Part shown: in pieces, positions 28,583 to 39,101 of the stretch | How positions within the stretch are numbered: position 1 is the first letter of the stretch | Layout: every line of letters starts with the position of its first letter | Assembly (NCBI GenBank): GCA_964486865.1 | Contig: CAZAOZ010000002.1 | Span: 2,381 to 66,380 of the forward strand | Direction of reading: 5' to 3' | Length of the DNA stretch: 64,000 nt | Origin: an uncultured Bordetella sp. | Lineage (GTDB): Bacteria > Pseudomonadota > Gammaproteobacteria > Burkholderiales > SG8-41 | Notes under the pieces: model-generated | The model's database searches: none | Told to the model about the DNA's origin: nothing | Seen by the model: only the letters and a program-made list of their open reading frames with translations | Program-made: the position numbers and the translations under genes

Positions 28583-29518
28583 TCACCACAATTTCATGTT
28601 GAACGCCTGCTGAAACCGGTCCGCCGCTTCATCCCGGCTGAACCGGTGATTCTGCCCGCCGCGCTGCGCGATTTTCAGCGATCCCATCAGCGAGGCCAGG
28701 CGCCCGGTCAGCGGCCAGTCTGCGCCGGCGGCCAGCCCATAAAGCAGACCCGCCCGGAACGCGTCGCCGCAGCCGGTCGGATCCAGCACCGCTTCCGGTT
28801 CAACGCTTGGAATCGCGATCTGTTTACCGCCCGTATAAACCATGGCGCCCTGCGCCCCCAATGTGACCACGATCGCCTTGGCAAGTTTCGCCAGCGCGTC
28901 GAGCTTTTGCCCGGTGCGCTCCTGCAGCATCTGCGCCTCGTAGTCGTTGACCGTGACATAGTCCGCGAGCCGCACGAATTCCGCAAGCTCCGTTCCATTG
29001 AACATCGGCAGCCCCTGTCCGGGGTCGAAAATGAACGGTATTCCCGCTTCATGAAACTCGCGCGCATGCTGCAGCATGCCTTCACGGCCGTCGGGCGCGA
29101 CAATGCCGAGTTTGACGCCTTTGGCGTCGCCGACATGATTTTCATGCGCATGGTTCATCGCACCGGGATGAAACGCCGTGATCTGGTTATCGTCGAGATC
29201 GGTGGTGATGAACGCCTGCGCGGTAAAGCTGCCGGGCACGGTGCGGACATGATCCTGCGAGATGCCCAGACGCTGCAGCCGGTCGTCGTACGACGCGAAA
29301 TCGTCGCCGACGGTCGCCATGATGCGGGCATCACCGCCGAGCATCTGCAGCGTGTAGGCAATATTGCCGGCGCAGCCGCCGAACTCGCGCCGCATGTCGG
29401 GCACCAGAAACGCGACGTTCAGGATATGCAGCTGGTCGGGCAGGATGTGATTCTTGAATCGATCGTGAAACACCATGATGGTGTCGTATGCCATTGAACC
29501 GCAGATCAATATCGACAT
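28583..29518 (-). CDS. PfkB family carbohydrate/nucleoside kinase
   Basis: ORF 28583..29518. GGCAGNIAY N-terminal motif and DPTGCGDAFRAG C-terminal motif of the ribokinase/PfkB family. Confidence 0.82.
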   Translation of the reverse strand: MSILICGSMAYDTIMVFHDRFKNHILPDQLHILNVAFLVPDMRREFGGCAGNIAYTLQMLGGDARIMATVGDDFASYDDRLQRLGISQDHVRTVPGSFTAQAFITTDLDDNQITAFHPGAMNHAHENHVGDAKGVKLGIVAPDGREGMLQHAREFHEAGIPFIFDPGQGLPMFNGTELAEFVRLADYVTVNDYEAQMLQERTGQKLDALAKLAKAIVVTLGAQGAMVYTGGKQIAIPSVEPEAVLDPTGCGDAFRAGLLYGLAAGADWPLTGRLASLMGSLKIAQRGGQNHRFSRDEAADRFQQAFNMKLW

Positions 29519-29684
29519 CGGATTCCCGTCTGGAAAATGGACTGCGGATTATACCAACGCACCCCCTGTTGCTGCGCAGCGACGGCTTGGTGGTCGTCGC
29601 CCGGCCATTGCATAATCGACAGGCCGCCAATAATGTGTCCGGCGGGGAAAATCATTCCCAACCTTTCTGAGAGGAACCGCAATC

Positions 29685-30110
29685 ATGCTCAAAGAGTTCA
29701 AGGAATTTGCGATGCGCGGCAACGTGGTCGATATGGCCGTCGGCATCATCATCGGCGCGGCGTTCGGAAAAATCGTCGAGTCGCTGGTCAAGGATGTCAT
29801 CATGCCGCCGATCGGACTGATGCTCGGCAAAGTCGATTTTTCCAACCTCTTTGTGGTGATGCGCGAGGGCACCACGGCCGGCCCATATCTCACTGTCGAT
29901 GCCGCGCAAAAAGCCGGTGCGGTGACTTTCAATTACGGCATGTTCATCAACACCTGCATCAGCTTTGTCATTGTCGCTTTTGCGGTGTTCCTGCTGATTC
30001 GCGCCATCAACCGTCTCAAGGCAAAGGAAGCGCAAGCGCCGGCCGCGCCTGCTGCGCCGCCCGAGGATGTACTGCTGCTGCGCGAAATCCGCGACGCGCT
30101 GAAAAAATAG
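29685..30110 (+). CDS. mscL: large-conductance mechanosensitive channel
   Basis: ORF 29685..30110 starts [31 protein letters not shown]... Confidence 0.92.
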   Translation: MLKEFKEFAMRGNVVDMAVGIIIGAAFGKIVESLVKDVIMPPIGLMLGKVDFSNLFVVMREGTTAGPYLTVDAAQKAGAVTFNYGMFINTCISFVIVAFAVFLLIRAINRLKAKEAQAPAAPAAPPEDVLLLREIRDALKK

Positions 30111-30208
30111 GCTGCCGGTCAGGTTCGTCCGGAGGCACTCCTGCCGCCCCAGGAAATATATGTAACTTGTTGTTTTTATTATATATTTTAAAGGCGGCGC
30201 GTCGGGCC

Positions 30209-30595
30209 TCAGGCGAACAGGATCAGACTCCAGACCACCGGCACATTCACCAGCGCCAGCATGACCGCGGCGCTGCCGATGTCCTTGGCGCGCTTGGCCA
30301 GCGCGTGATGTTCCAGCGAGATGCGATCGACGGCGGCTTCAATCGCGGAATTCAGCAACTCGACCATCAGCACCAGCAATACCGACGCCACCATCAGCGC
30401 CTTGCCGGTGCCTGCGACAGGCATGAACAGCGCCGCCGGAATCAGCAGTGCGGCAAGAAACACTTCCTGGCGAAAGGCATCTTCGTGGCGGAAGGCGGCG
30501 CGCAGGCCATCGAGGGAATGAAAAAAAGCGTTCCGCACGCGCGCCAGGCCGGTCTTGCCTTTGTGCGGGTTTGCCGCCGGTTGTGTCGTCTGCAT
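30209..30595 (-). CDS. dgkA: diacylglycerol kinase
   Basis: ORF 30209..30595. A 128-aa protein with 3 TM segments, containing ...LVLMVELLNSAIEAAVDRIS.... Confidence 0.85.
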   Translation of the reverse strand: MQTTQPAANPHKGKTGLARVRNAFFHSLDGLRAAFRHEDAFRQEVFLAALLIPAALFMPVAGTGKALMVASVLLVLMVELLNSAIEAAVDRISLEHHALAKRAKDIGSAAVMLALVNVPVVWSLILFA

Positions 30596-30661
30596 GTCTG
30601 CGGTCTCTCCTTGCCGTTCAGGGCGCGCGACCGCTCGAAAATAAAATCACCGCCGCCGGCG

Positions 30662-31162
30662 TTACTTCAATGCCGCCAGCGCGGCATCGTAGTTCGGCTC
30701 CTGCTTGATTTCGGGAACCAGCTCCGCATGCAGCACCTTGTTGTTCGCGTCGAGCACCACCACGCCACGGGCGGTCAGCCCGCGCAGAGGACCATCGGTA
30801 ATATCCACGCCGTACTTGGCGTGAAAATCGCGGTTGCGGAATGTCGATAGCGTCGCCACGTCGTTCAAGCCTTCAGCGCCGCAAAACCGGCCCATCGCAA
30901 ACGGCAGATCGGCGGCAATCACCAGCACCACGGTGTTGCCCAGCTTGCCGGCCTCGGCATTGAATTTGCGCGTCGATGCCTGACACACCGGAGTGTCCAG
31001 ACTGGGCACGATGTTCAGCACCTTGCGCTTGCCGGCGTAATCCTTGAGGCCGGTTTCTTTCAGATCTTTGGCCGTCAAAGTGAAATCCGGCGCGGTATCG
31101 CCCTTTTTCAGAAAGTTTCCTGCCACGTTAATCGGGTTGCCTGCGAGGGTTACGGATGCCAC
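30662..31162 (-). CDS. tpx: thiol peroxidase
   Basis: ORF 30662..31162 contains ...[17 protein letters not shown]..., the Tpx atypical 2-Cys peroxiredoxin pattern. Confidence 0.88.
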   Translation of the reverse strand: MASVTLAGNPINVAGNFLKKGDTAPDFTLTAKDLKETGLKDYAGKRKVLNIVPSLDTPVCQASTRKFNAEAGKLGNTVVLVIAADLPFAMGRFCGAEGLNDVATLSTFRNRDFHAKYGVDITDGPLRGLTARGVVVLDANNKVLHAELVPEIKQEPNYDAALAALK

Positions 31163-31269
31163 ATGAATCTCCTGGTGGTTGAAAATTGAAGCGAATTACG
31201 ACGAATCGGATTATCCCGGTTCGATGGCACAAAGAGCGGTACGGCAAAACCGGTCACTGCCGAAGGACG

Positions 31270-31659
31270 CTAATTTTTTTCTGCGTCGGCGATTTTCCGG
31301 TACGCCGCGGCATCGAGCAAAGCATCGATCTGCGCGGGATCATCGGGCCTGATGCGGAACATCCAGGCAGTATAGGGCTCTGCATTGACCTTCTCCGGCG
31401 CATCGGACAATTCCGCATTGGCGGCAACAATCTCGCCGGAAACCGGCGCATGGATGTCAGACGCCGCCTTGACCGATTCGATGGCACCACACGCTTCGCC
31501 CTGCCTGAACTTGCGGCCCGGCGCCGGATTGTCAATGAACACGACGTCGCCCAGCATCTCCTGCGCATGCTGCGTGATGCCGACGCTGACCGTGCCATCG
31601 GTTTCGCGGCGCACCCACTCATGGCTGCTGGTGTATTTCAAATGCTCCGGAGTACTCAT
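31270..31659 (-). CDS. gcvH: glycine cleavage system H protein (stand-alone copy)
   Basis: ORF 31270..31659 reads ...YTSSHEWVRRE...GAIESVKAASDIHAPVSG, which includes the lipoyl-lysine motif. Confidence 0.88.
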   Translation of the reverse strand: MSTPEHLKYTSSHEWVRRETDGTVSVGITQHAQEMLGDVVFIDNPAPGRKFRQGEACGAIESVKAASDIHAPVSGEIVAANAELSDAPEKVNAEPYTAWMFRIRPDDPAQIDALLDAAAYRKIADAEKN

Positions 31660-31731
31660 ATCCGCTCCACCGGGCCGCAGCCCTAAATAAAAACAAAAAG
31701 TTACAATGCGCCTATGCCCGCGGACGCCACA

Positions 31732-32691
31732 TCACAGGCGCGGCGCAGACAATAACGTGAGGCGAAAACCGGCTGCACCCAGATCACCGGTCTCCAGCGC
31801 CAGCCGCACCGTGAGTTCGGCGTTCGCGGCAAGGCCCGCGTGCGCATCCCGTCCCGGACCCAGATACTCCGCCGGCAGAAATATGCGCCGCGCCAGCGTG
31901 TGATCGTTGGTATTGGTCAACACCAGATCCAGCGCCGGATACGCGACATCATGTCCGGCATGATTGCGCAAAGTGGCCGTCAACTGGATGCGCTCCGGTC
32001 GCGCCGGATCCAGCGTCTGCAAGTCGGATGCCTCGATGACTATCGATTTCGGATGCTGCGGCAGGGGTACGGTGCAGCCGGCCTGCGCACAGGCCTCGGT
32101 CAACCACTGCCGCGCCAGCGGATGCCGCGCGGCAATTTCCCCGCGATAAAAATAGAGGCCCTGCGCGGCAAGCGCCGTCAGCAGCAGCACGCATGCCGCG
32201 ACCAGCCGGGGGCTGCGCTGCGCCCCGAAAGCCGGCGCAGCGGCGTTATCTGTGAATGGATTGTCGGCATCGGGTTGCGCGGCGGAATCCTGCGCATCAG
32301 CCCGCGCCGACTCCGCGCGCGCCTGGTCCGTGCGTATTTCTTCCACCCGCCTTGCTTCAGGCTGCAGTGGTTCCGTCCGCAACGCCGTGGCTGCCACCGG
32401 CAATGCGGCGCCTGCGGGTTCCGGCATGTCGGTATGCGGTGCGCCAATCGCTGCGTCCGGCGCCGTTGCAACAACCGTTGCCGCGGGCGATGCAACCGGC
32501 GGCGATACGGCTGCAGAGAGCGGAACAGCGGTCCGGCCCTCATCCGTCTGCATTTCCGGCACCAGTGAAGCAAGGCCATTGAAAATCTGCAAACACCGCC
32601 CGCAGCGCACCTGCCCGCCATGCGCCTGGAGTTGCTCCGGCGTGATGCGAAACGTGGTGTAACAATGCCTGCAGCGGGTGATCAGCGACAT
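31732..32691 (-). CDS. zinc-ribbon (MJ0042-type) / DUF3426 domain protein
   Basis: ORF 31732..32691 has MSLITRCRHCYTTFRITPEQLQAHGGQVRCGRCLQIFNG, then a low-complexity Ala/Pro linker, a TM segment and a C-terminal domain. It lies downstream of prmA as usual. Confidence 0.7.
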   Translation of the reverse strand: MSLITRCRHCYTTFRITPEQLQAHGGQVRCGRCLQIFNGLASLVPEMQTDEGRTAVPLSAAVSPPVASPAATVVATAPDAAIGAPHTDMPEPAGAALPVAATALRTEPLQPEARRVEEIRTDQARAESARADAQDSAAQPDADNPFTDNAAAPAFGAQRSPRLVAACVLLLTALAAQGLYFYRGEIAARHPLARQWLTEACAQAGCTVPLPQHPKSIVIEASDLQTLDPARPERIQLTATLRNHAGHDVAYPALDLVLTNTNDHTLARRIFLPAEYLGPGRDAHAGLAANAELTVRLALETGDLGAAGFRLTLLSAPRL

Positions 32692-32713
32692 GATCCTTGC
32701 TCTACTTGCTACT

Positions 32714-33604
32714 CTACCTGCGAATACCGGTCAGCAACACCCAGCCGTCCTCATGCTCAGCAGACTGCATGTCGAAATCCGCGTCATAAAAATCCCGCAC
32801 GGCAGCGGCTTGCTCGGTGAGTATGCCCGATAGCGCGATGCGCCCGCCGAGTCGTGTCAGGCGCCCGAGCAGCGGCGCCAGCACGGTCAGCGGATTGGCG
32901 AGAATATTGGCGACGACGATGGTCGCCGGCACGACTGCCGGATCTTCCGCATCGACAAAACGGGCGAGCACACTGTTCTGTGCGGCATTGCTGCGCGCGG
33001 CGGGCAGTGCCTGCGGATCAATGTCCACGCCGCAGGCTGTCGCGGCGCCCAGTTTCATGGCGGCAATCGCCAGAATCCCCGAACCGCACCCGTAGTCCAG
33101 CACGTCGGCGCCGGGATGCACCACCGCGGCCAGCCAGCGCAGGCACAACCGCGTCGTCGGGTGCGCTCCGGTGCCGAACGCGATGCCCGGATCGAGAATG
33201 ATGTTGATGGCAGCGGGATCCGGCGGCGCATGCCAGCTCGGCACCACCCACAGCCGCGGCGTAATCTGCATGGGGTGAAACTGGCTCTGGGTCAGGCGCA
33301 CCCAGTCGGCGTCTTCAACGCGTTCGACGCTGAATGCCGGGGTCACGGCAATTCCCGCCGCCCGCAATGCCGCAGGCACTGCCGCATAAATGTCGTCGTC
33401 AATGGCAAACAGCGCACTGACCCGGTTGTGGCGCCAGCTCGTCGCGGGCGCCTCGCCGGGCTCCGCGAAAATCGGCCGCTCCTCTGCGGTGCCGGCCGCG
33501 GCGTCCTGCACATCCACCGCCAGGGCGCCCGCCGCAAGCAAGGCATCGGTCAGCACTTCGACCGCGGTTTCTTCCACAGGGATGATGGCGCAGAGCCAGG
33601 GCAT
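32714..33604 (-). CDS. prmA: ribosomal protein L11 methyltransferase
   Basis: ORF 32714..33604. SAM motif VLDYGCGSGILAIAA. accB-accC-prmA synteny. Confidence 0.88.
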   Translation of the reverse strand: MPWLCAIIPVEETAVEVLTDALLAAGALAVDVQDAAAGTAEERPIFAEPGEAPATSWRHNRVSALFAIDDDIYAAVPAALRAAGIAVTPAFSVERVEDADWVRLTQSQFHPMQITPRLWVVPSWHAPPDPAAINIILDPGIAFGTGAHPTTRLCLRWLAAVVHPGADVLDYGCGSGILAIAAMKLGAATACGVDIDPQALPAARSNAAQNSVLARFVDAEDPAVVPATIVVANILANPLTVLAPLLGRLTRLGGRIALSGILTEQAAAVRDFYDADFDMQSAEHEDGWVLLTGIRR

Positions 33605-33633
33605 GGTGCATTCCGCTGCGCTGCGCCGCCGCC

Positions 33634-34989
33634 TTACTCGGCGCGGGTCAGCTTCGCCAACCGCTCTTCGAGATAATGAATGCTGGTGCCGCCGCGCTGG
33701 AATGCCGCATCACGCAGCAATTCCTGGTGCAGGGGAATGTTGGTCTTGATGCCCTCGATGACGGTCTCCGACAGCGCAATCTGCAACCGCGCCATGGCCT
33801 GCGCGCGCGTATCCCCGTAGGCGATGATTTTGCCGAGCAGTGAATCGTAGTACGGCGGAACAAAATAACCGCTGTAGGCATGGGAATCCACCCGGATGCC
33901 GGGGCCTCCGGGCATATGCAGCGAGGTGATGCGCCCGGGCGACGGGGTGAACTTGTACGGGTCTTCCGCGTTGATGCGGCATTCGATGGCGTGCCCCTTC
34001 AGCACAATGTCCTTCTGCCGCAAAGCGAGCTTTTCGCCGGCCGCCACGCGAATCTGCAATTGCACCAGGTCAAGGCCGGTGATGAATTCCGTGACGGGAT
34101 GCTCGACCTGCAGCCGCGTGTTCATTTCTATGAAATAGAACTCGCCGCCTTCGTAGAGAAATTCGAACGTGCCGGCCCCTTCATAGCTGATCTTGCGGCA
34201 GGCCTCGGCACAACGCTCGGCGATGCGGATGCGCGCCCGCTCGTTGAGCAGCGGCGCCGGCGCCTCTTCGATGATTTTCTGGTGGCGGCGCTGCATGGAG
34301 CAGTCACGATCGCCAAAGTACAGCGCGTTGCGGTGTTTGTCGGCAAGGACCTGGATCTCGATATGCCGCGGCTTCTCCAGATATTTTTCCATGTACACCG
34401 ACGGATTGCCGAAGGCGGCCTGCGCCTCCGTACGCGTGGTATTGATCGCGTTCATCAGCGCCGCCTCGGTATGCACCACGCGCATGCCGCGCCCGCCGCC
34501 GCCGCCGGCCGCCTTGATAATCACCGGGTAACCGATCTGCTTGGCAATCTTGACGACTTCCTTGGTGTCCTCGGAGAGTGCGCCGTCCATGCCGGGAACC
34601 ACCGGGATGCCGGCTTTTTTCATGGCATTTTTGGCGCTGACCTTGTCGCCCATCAGGCGGATGGTCGCGGCCCGCGGACCGATGAAGGTGAAGCCGCTTT
34701 GCTCGACGCGTTCTGCAAAGTCGGCGTTTTCGGACAAAAAGCCGTAACCGGGATGGATGGCCTCGGCATCAGTCACCTCTGCCGCGCTGATGATTGCCGG
34801 CACGTTCAGGTAACTGCCGGCGGAGGCCGCCGGCCCTATGCATACCGATTCGTCGGCAAGGCGCACGTACTTGGCATCGGCGTCGGCTTCGGAGTGCACC
34901 ACCACGGTTTTGATGCCCATTTCGCGACAGGCGCGCTGGATGCGCAGCGCGATTTCGCCGCGATTGGCTATGAGAATTTTTCCAAACAT
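33634..34989 (-). CDS. accC: acetyl-CoA carboxylase biotin carboxylase subunit
   Basis: ORF 33634..34989 starts [29 protein letters not shown]...; ATP-grasp, 451 aa. Confidence 0.93.
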   Translation of the reverse strand: MFGKILIANRGEIALRIQRACREMGIKTVVVHSEADADAKYVRLADESVCIGPAASAGSYLNVPAIISAAEVTDAEAIHPGYGFLSENADFAERVEQSGFTFIGPRAATIRLMGDKVSAKNAMKKAGIPVVPGMDGALSEDTKEVVKIAKQIGYPVIIKAAGGGGGRGMRVVHTEAALMNAINTTRTEAQAAFGNPSVYMEKYLEKPRHIEIQVLADKHRNALYFGDRDCSMQRRHQKIIEEAPAPLLNERARIRIAERCAEACRKISYEGAGTFEFLYEGGEFYFIEMNTRLQVEHPVTEFITGLDLVQLQIRVAAGEKLALRQKDIVLKGHAIECRINAEDPYKFTPSPGRITSLHMPGGPGIRVDSHAYSGYFVPPYYDSLLGKIIAYGDTRAQAMARLQIALSETVIEGIKTNIPLHQELLRDAAFQRGGTSIHYLEERLAKLTRAE

Positions 34990-35037
34990 GAGGGAGGTTA
35001 CCGGATTGTTTCCGTCGCCGGAACGTCGTGGGCGGCT

Positions 35038-35490
35038 TCAGCCGATGATGAACAGCGGCTGGCCGTATTCGACCGGCTGGCCATTTTCGACCAATATTGC
35101 CTTGACCACGCCGTCGCAATCCGCTTCGATTTCATTGAGCAGCTTCATCGCCTCGATGATGCACACCGTCTCGCCGGACTTGACGGTTTGTCCGACCTCG
35201 ACGAATGCCTTGGAGCCCGGCGCGGCAGACCGGTAGAAGGTGCCCACCATCGGCGATTTGACCGTGTGGCCTTCAGGCTCCGCCGGCGGCACATCGGCTG
35301 CCGGTGCTGCCGCAACCGGAACAGCGAGCGGCGCCGCAGCCGCCGGGACAGCAACGTGCTGTGCGACCGCCACGGGCACCCCCGGCGTCCGGCTGATGCG
35401 TACCCGCTCCTCGCCTTCGGTAATCTCCAGCTCGGCAATGCCGGACTGCTCCACCAGATCGATCAACGTTTTCAGTTTGCGCAAATCCAT
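35038..35490 (-). CDS. accB: acetyl-CoA carboxylase biotin carboxyl carrier protein
   Basis: ORF 35038..35490. Ala/Pro linker and [14 protein letters not shown] biotinylation motif. Confidence 0.92.
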   Translation of the reverse strand: MDLRKLKTLIDLVEQSGIAELEITEGEERVRISRTPGVPVAVAQHVAVPAAAAPLAVPVAAAPAADVPPAEPEGHTVKSPMVGTFYRSAAPGSKAFVEVGQTVKSGETVCIIEAMKLLNEIEADCDGVVKAILVENGQPVEYGQPLFIIG

Positions 35491-35493
35491 GGC

Positions 35494-35949
35494 TCAGCCT
35501 TTGTTGTTGTGGCGCAGCGCATAATCCAGCGCGAGTTCATAACCCGCCGCCCCCAGCCCGCTGATCACGCCCACGGCGATGTCGGAAAAATACGATTCGC
35601 GGCGAAACGCTTCCCGGGCAAACACATTCGACAGGTGGATTTCGACAAACGGGATAGCCACCGCCGCCAGCGCATCGCGCAAGGCCACGCTGGTATGGGT
35701 GTAGGCAGCGGGATTGATCAGGATAAAGGCCACGCCGTCGCGGCCGGCCTGCTGCACACGCTCCACCAGTTCCGCTTCCGAATTGCTCTGGAACGCCGCC
35801 AGCACGGCACCCGCCGCCTGTGCGCGCTCCTGCAAACGGGCCTCGATCGCGGCCAGGGTAGTCGCGCCATAAATGTCCGGCTCGCGCGTCCCCAGCAAAT
35901 TCAGATTGGGCCCGTTGATCAGCAGCAGTTGTTGTTTGGATTGCGCCAT
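35494..35949 (-). CDS. aroQ: type II 3-dehydroquinate dehydratase
   Basis: ORF 35494..35949 reads ...[20 protein letters not shown]...IHLSNV.... Confidence 0.9.
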   Translation of the reverse strand: MAQSKQQLLLINGPNLNLLGTREPDIYGATTLAAIEARLQERAQAAGAVLAAFQSNSEAELVERVQQAGRDGVAFILINPAAYTHTSVALRDALAAVAIPFVEIHLSNVFAREAFRRESYFSDIAVGVISGLGAAGYELALDYALRHNNKG

Positions 35950-36368
35950 ACCGCTCCAGTTTATAATGCGCCGGTCTTGCCTGCCCGAACTCGCTGTCTG
36001 GGTTCGCTAGCACGGCGCGGCAGCATCACGTCACTTCCCACAAAAACCACCGCGCATAGAAGATGGCTGATTTTGCCAGAAGTTAGCCGAAAAAATAAGA
36101 TTTTATATAAAGTTATTGGAAGTTTTTTCGGCTCACCTTTATTATACCGGTTGCAGCACTTTCATGCATGTCCATGATCCGTAACGCCATATCCATGGCA
36201 TCCGGGCATATTTCGGCCCCGTCCTGATAGGCTGATTTTTTACGGTATTTAGCAGGAATTAAGCGATTTTAACAGCATGTTCAAAGCAAAATAACACGGT
36301 GGCACAACGGCCATTACCGACAACGATGGGGCAAATATGGGGTAATTCAGCCGGATCCGGCCAGGGCG

Positions 36369-36902
36369 TTACAGCAAGGGGGTCAGTTGCGCCCGCAAGC
36401 CCGCCTCGGAAATGCCACCGGCCAATCCAGCCACCATGCGTCCGGAACGATCGATCACCAGGGTATAAGGCAGGACACCCGCCTTGTTCCCGGCCCGGCG
36501 CGACAGCTCGATGGCCTCCATGCCGCCCAGCAACAGCGGGTAGTTGATCCGGAATTCCGCGGCAAACCCGCGGACTTTGTCGGCCTGGTCGATGGCGATG
36601 CCGATGAATTGCAGTCCCTGATTACCGTAATCGCGCTGCAACCTGACAAAAATCGGAATTTCTTCGCGACACGGCCCGCACCAGGTTGCCCAGTAATTGA
36701 TCACCAGCACCCGTCCGGAAAAAGCGCTCAGCGACTGCACCGCGCTGTCCAGCGTGGTCAGCCGGCTGGCCAGGATCGCCGCCACCGGGTCGTTGTTTGA
36801 GGACGCCGCCGGGGTGCCGAGCCAGCGATGAAAACCGTAGCCTGCCGCCGCCGCCACGCCGCCTGCCGCGGCAAAAAACAGGGCGCGCCGCGCCGGGGTC
36901 AC
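36369..36902 (-). CDS. TlpA/ResA-like periplasmic thiol:disulfide oxidoreductase
   Basis: ORF 36369..37166 trimmed to GTG at 36902, with a GTGA overlap on the dsbD stop (VTPARRALFFAAAGGVAAAAG...). WATWCGPCREE motif. Confidence 0.75.
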   Translation of the reverse strand: MTPARRALFFAAAGGVAAAAGYGFHRWLGTPAASSNNDPVAAILASRLTTLDSAVQSLSAFSGRVLVINYWATWCGPCREEIPIFVRLQRDYGNQGLQFIGIAIDQADKVRGFAAEFRINYPLLLGGMEAIELSRRAGNKAGVLPYTLVIDRSGRMVAGLAGGISEAGLRAQLTPLL

Positions 36903-38749
36903 CGCGCCCCCAGCGCCTGATCCAGCACCTTCACGAATTTTCCTGCCGGCTGAAAACCGATGACGCGCAAGCCCTGAATCTCGCGGCCGGCGGGATCGAA
37001 AAACACGATGCCCGGCGGACCGAACAGCTTGAACCGGCGCAGCAACTGCTGGTGCTCCGGCGTTCCGGCCGTGACATCTGCCTGGAGTTTGATCATGGCC
37101 GAAAACCGCGACTGCACGGCCGGATCGGTGAAGGTATAGCGTTCCATTTCCTTGCAACTGACGCACCAGTCCGCATAAAAATCGAGCATGACCGTCTTGC
37201 CCGCGGCCGCCCGCACCGCCTGATCCAGTTCGGCCAGGCTGCCGACCCGCTGAAAGCTGACGCCGGGCGCCGCCGCTGCCGGTGCGCCGGCAGCGCCGCG
37301 CAGCCCGGACAGCGGCTGCAGCAAGTCGCGCGCGCCCGACAGCGCGCCGATCAGATAGGCAGCGCCCGCCACCAGCGTGATGATGCCGACACCCTTGCTG
37401 ATCCGGGCGAAGCCATGCGCCGCCGGCGGCAGCGGATCAATCGCCCGCAGGTAGATGCCGCAGACGACCAGCAACACCGCCCAGGCAAACATCTGCATGG
37501 CCACCGGGATCACCGGCGACACCATGTAAATGGCCACGGCAATCAGCACCACGCCGAAAAACCGCTTGATGGTTCCCATCCATGGTCCGGCCCTGGGCAT
37601 CAGCGCACCGGCTGATGCCCCGACGGCGAGCAGCGGCACGCCCATGCCCAGCGCCATCGCAAACAGCGCGAGGCCGCCGAGCACGCCGTCGCCGCTCTGG
37701 GAAATGTAGAGCAATGCCCCCGCCAGCGGCGCCGCAACACAAGGCCCGACAATCAGGGCCGACAGCACGCCCATCGCAAATACGCCGGTGTAGTGCCCGC
37801 CATGCAGGCGGTTGCTGGCGTCGGCCAGCCGCGACTGCAGCGCCGTGGGCAGTTGCAGTTCGTAAAACCCGAACATCGACAAAGCCAGCACCACGAACAG
37901 GAGCGCGAACGCGCCGAGCACCCAAGGATTCTGCAGCGCCGCGGACAGCAGCGTGCCGGAAACGCCGGCAGCAACACCCGCCAGCGCATAGGTGATGGCC
38001 ATCCCCAGCACATAGACTCCGGACAGCAGCAAGCCATGGGTGCGCGTCATGTGTGCGCCGCGACCGACGATGATGCCCGACAGTATGGGTACCATCGGCA
38101 GCACGCAGGGCGTGAACGACAGGAGCAGGCCGAAGCCGAAAAAACTGGCGATCAGCAGCCAGGTTTCACCGCGAAACAGCTCGGCGATCAGGGTATCTTC
38201 GCCCTTCGCGCCCGCCGCATCGGCGGCGGGCTTTGCATCGCGCGATCCGGAGAACAGCCGCGACAGCGCACCGTCACTGGCGCCGGAATCTCCGGCAACC
38301 GCACCGATCGACGCCAGGCGCAGCTCGGCCTTCTGCTCCACCGGCACGTAACACACGCCGACATCCGCGCAACCCTGCGACACCGCGGTCAGCACCGCCC
38401 GTTCCGCCGCGGGTCCGCCGCGCAGAGGCAGCGTGATGCGCACCTCGTTGCGATAAACCTCGGTTTCACCGAAAAATTCGTCTTTTCTGATTTTGCCTGG
38501 CGGCAATTGCGGGCCGGATTCCGCCATCACCGCGGGTTCCAGCGTAAAGCGGAACTTGTCGCGGTACATGTAATAGCCTTTGGCGATTACATAACGCACT
38601 TCGACGGCGCCCGGACTGATGACCCGCGTGCTGAACACAAAAGCCTTCTCCGGCTCCAGCAACTGCGGTTCGGCCGCCTGGGCCACGCCAAGGCTGGACG
38701 CACAGAACAATATCAACCAGCGTAACGATATGGGCATGGAAAAAGGCAT
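36899..38749 (-). CDS. dsbD: thiol:disulfide interchange protein DsbD
   Basis: ORF 36899..38749. Signal peptide, N-terminal domain, a central polytopic domain (FTPCVLPMVP) and a C-terminal thioredoxin domain (FYADWCVSCKE). Confidence 0.9.
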   Translation of the reverse strand: MPFSMPISLRWLILFCASSLGVAQAAEPQLLEPEKAFVFSTRVISPGAVEVRYVIAKGYYMYRDKFRFTLEPAVMAESGPQLPPGKIRKDEFFGETEVYRNEVRITLPLRGGPAAERAVLTAVSQGCADVGVCYVPVEQKAELRLASIGAVAGDSGASDGALSRLFSGSRDAKPAADAAGAKGEDTLIAELFRGETWLLIASFFGFGLLLSFTPCVLPMVPILSGIIVGRGAHMTRTHGLLLSGVYVLGMAITYALAGVAAGVSGTLLSAALQNPWVLGAFALLFVVLALSMFGFYELQLPTALQSRLADASNRLHGGHYTGVFAMGVLSALIVGPCVAAPLAGALLYISQSGDGVLGGLALFAMALGMGVPLLAVGASAGALMPRAGPWMGTIKRFFGVVLIAVAIYMVSPVIPVAMQMFAWAVLLVVCGIYLRAIDPLPPAAHGFARISKGVGIITLVAGAAYLIGALSGARDLLQPLSGLRGAAGAPAAAAPGVSFQRVGSLAELDQAVRAAAGKTVMLDFYADWCVSCKEMERYTFTDPAVQSRFSAMIKLQADVTAGTPEHQQLLRRFKLFGPPGIVFFDPAGREIQGLRVIGFQPAGKFVKVLDQALGAR

Positions 38750-38771
38750 GGGGAAAGCGCAGGGCTCCGGG

Positions 38772-39101
38772 TCAGGCGGTTTCGCCGGCCACCCAGGCCA
38801 GATACCCGGGCAAACCGCGCGTCACTGGGACAGCGATGATTTCCGGAAGTTCGTAGGGATGCCGCTCGCGCATGGCTGATTCGAGCGCGGCATAGCGACG
38901 CACGGTGGTCTTGATCAGCACCGGCACTTCCGTCGCCTGCTCCAGAGTACCCTGCCAGCGATACACCGATGTGCAGGGCGCCAGCACATTGACGCAGGCC
39001 GCAAGCCGGGCGTCCACCAGAAACCGCGCCAGTTGCCGTGCCGCCGGTTCGTCGGGCAGGCTGGAGTACACCAGCAGAACCGCGTCGGGATCAGCGTCCA
39101 T
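38772..39101 (-). CDS. cutA: divalent-cation tolerance protein CutA
   Basis: ORF 38772..39143 trimmed to ATG at 39101 (MDADPDAVLLVYSSLPDEPAARQLARFLVDARLAACVNVL...YRWQG). cutA-dsbD synteny. Confidence 0.85.
   Translation of the reverse strand: MDADPDAVLLVYSSLPDEPAARQLARFLVDARLAACVNVLAPCTSVYRWQGTLEQATEVPVLIKTTVRRYAALESAMRERHPYELPEIIAVPVTRGLPGYLAWVAGETA

Noticed and set aside
33880-36177. A 765-aa plus-strand ORF spanning accC, accB and aroQ. Similar long antisense ORFs occur elsewhere, e.g. 4150..6114, 47484..48845, 59155..60360, 17163..18494, 10888..11850 and 57..869.
   Set aside because: These are shadow ORFs typical of high-GC DNA. They lie antisense to genes with unmistakable family signatures. 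Their translations are Arg/Ala/Gly/His-rich low-complexity sequence with no recognisable motifs.
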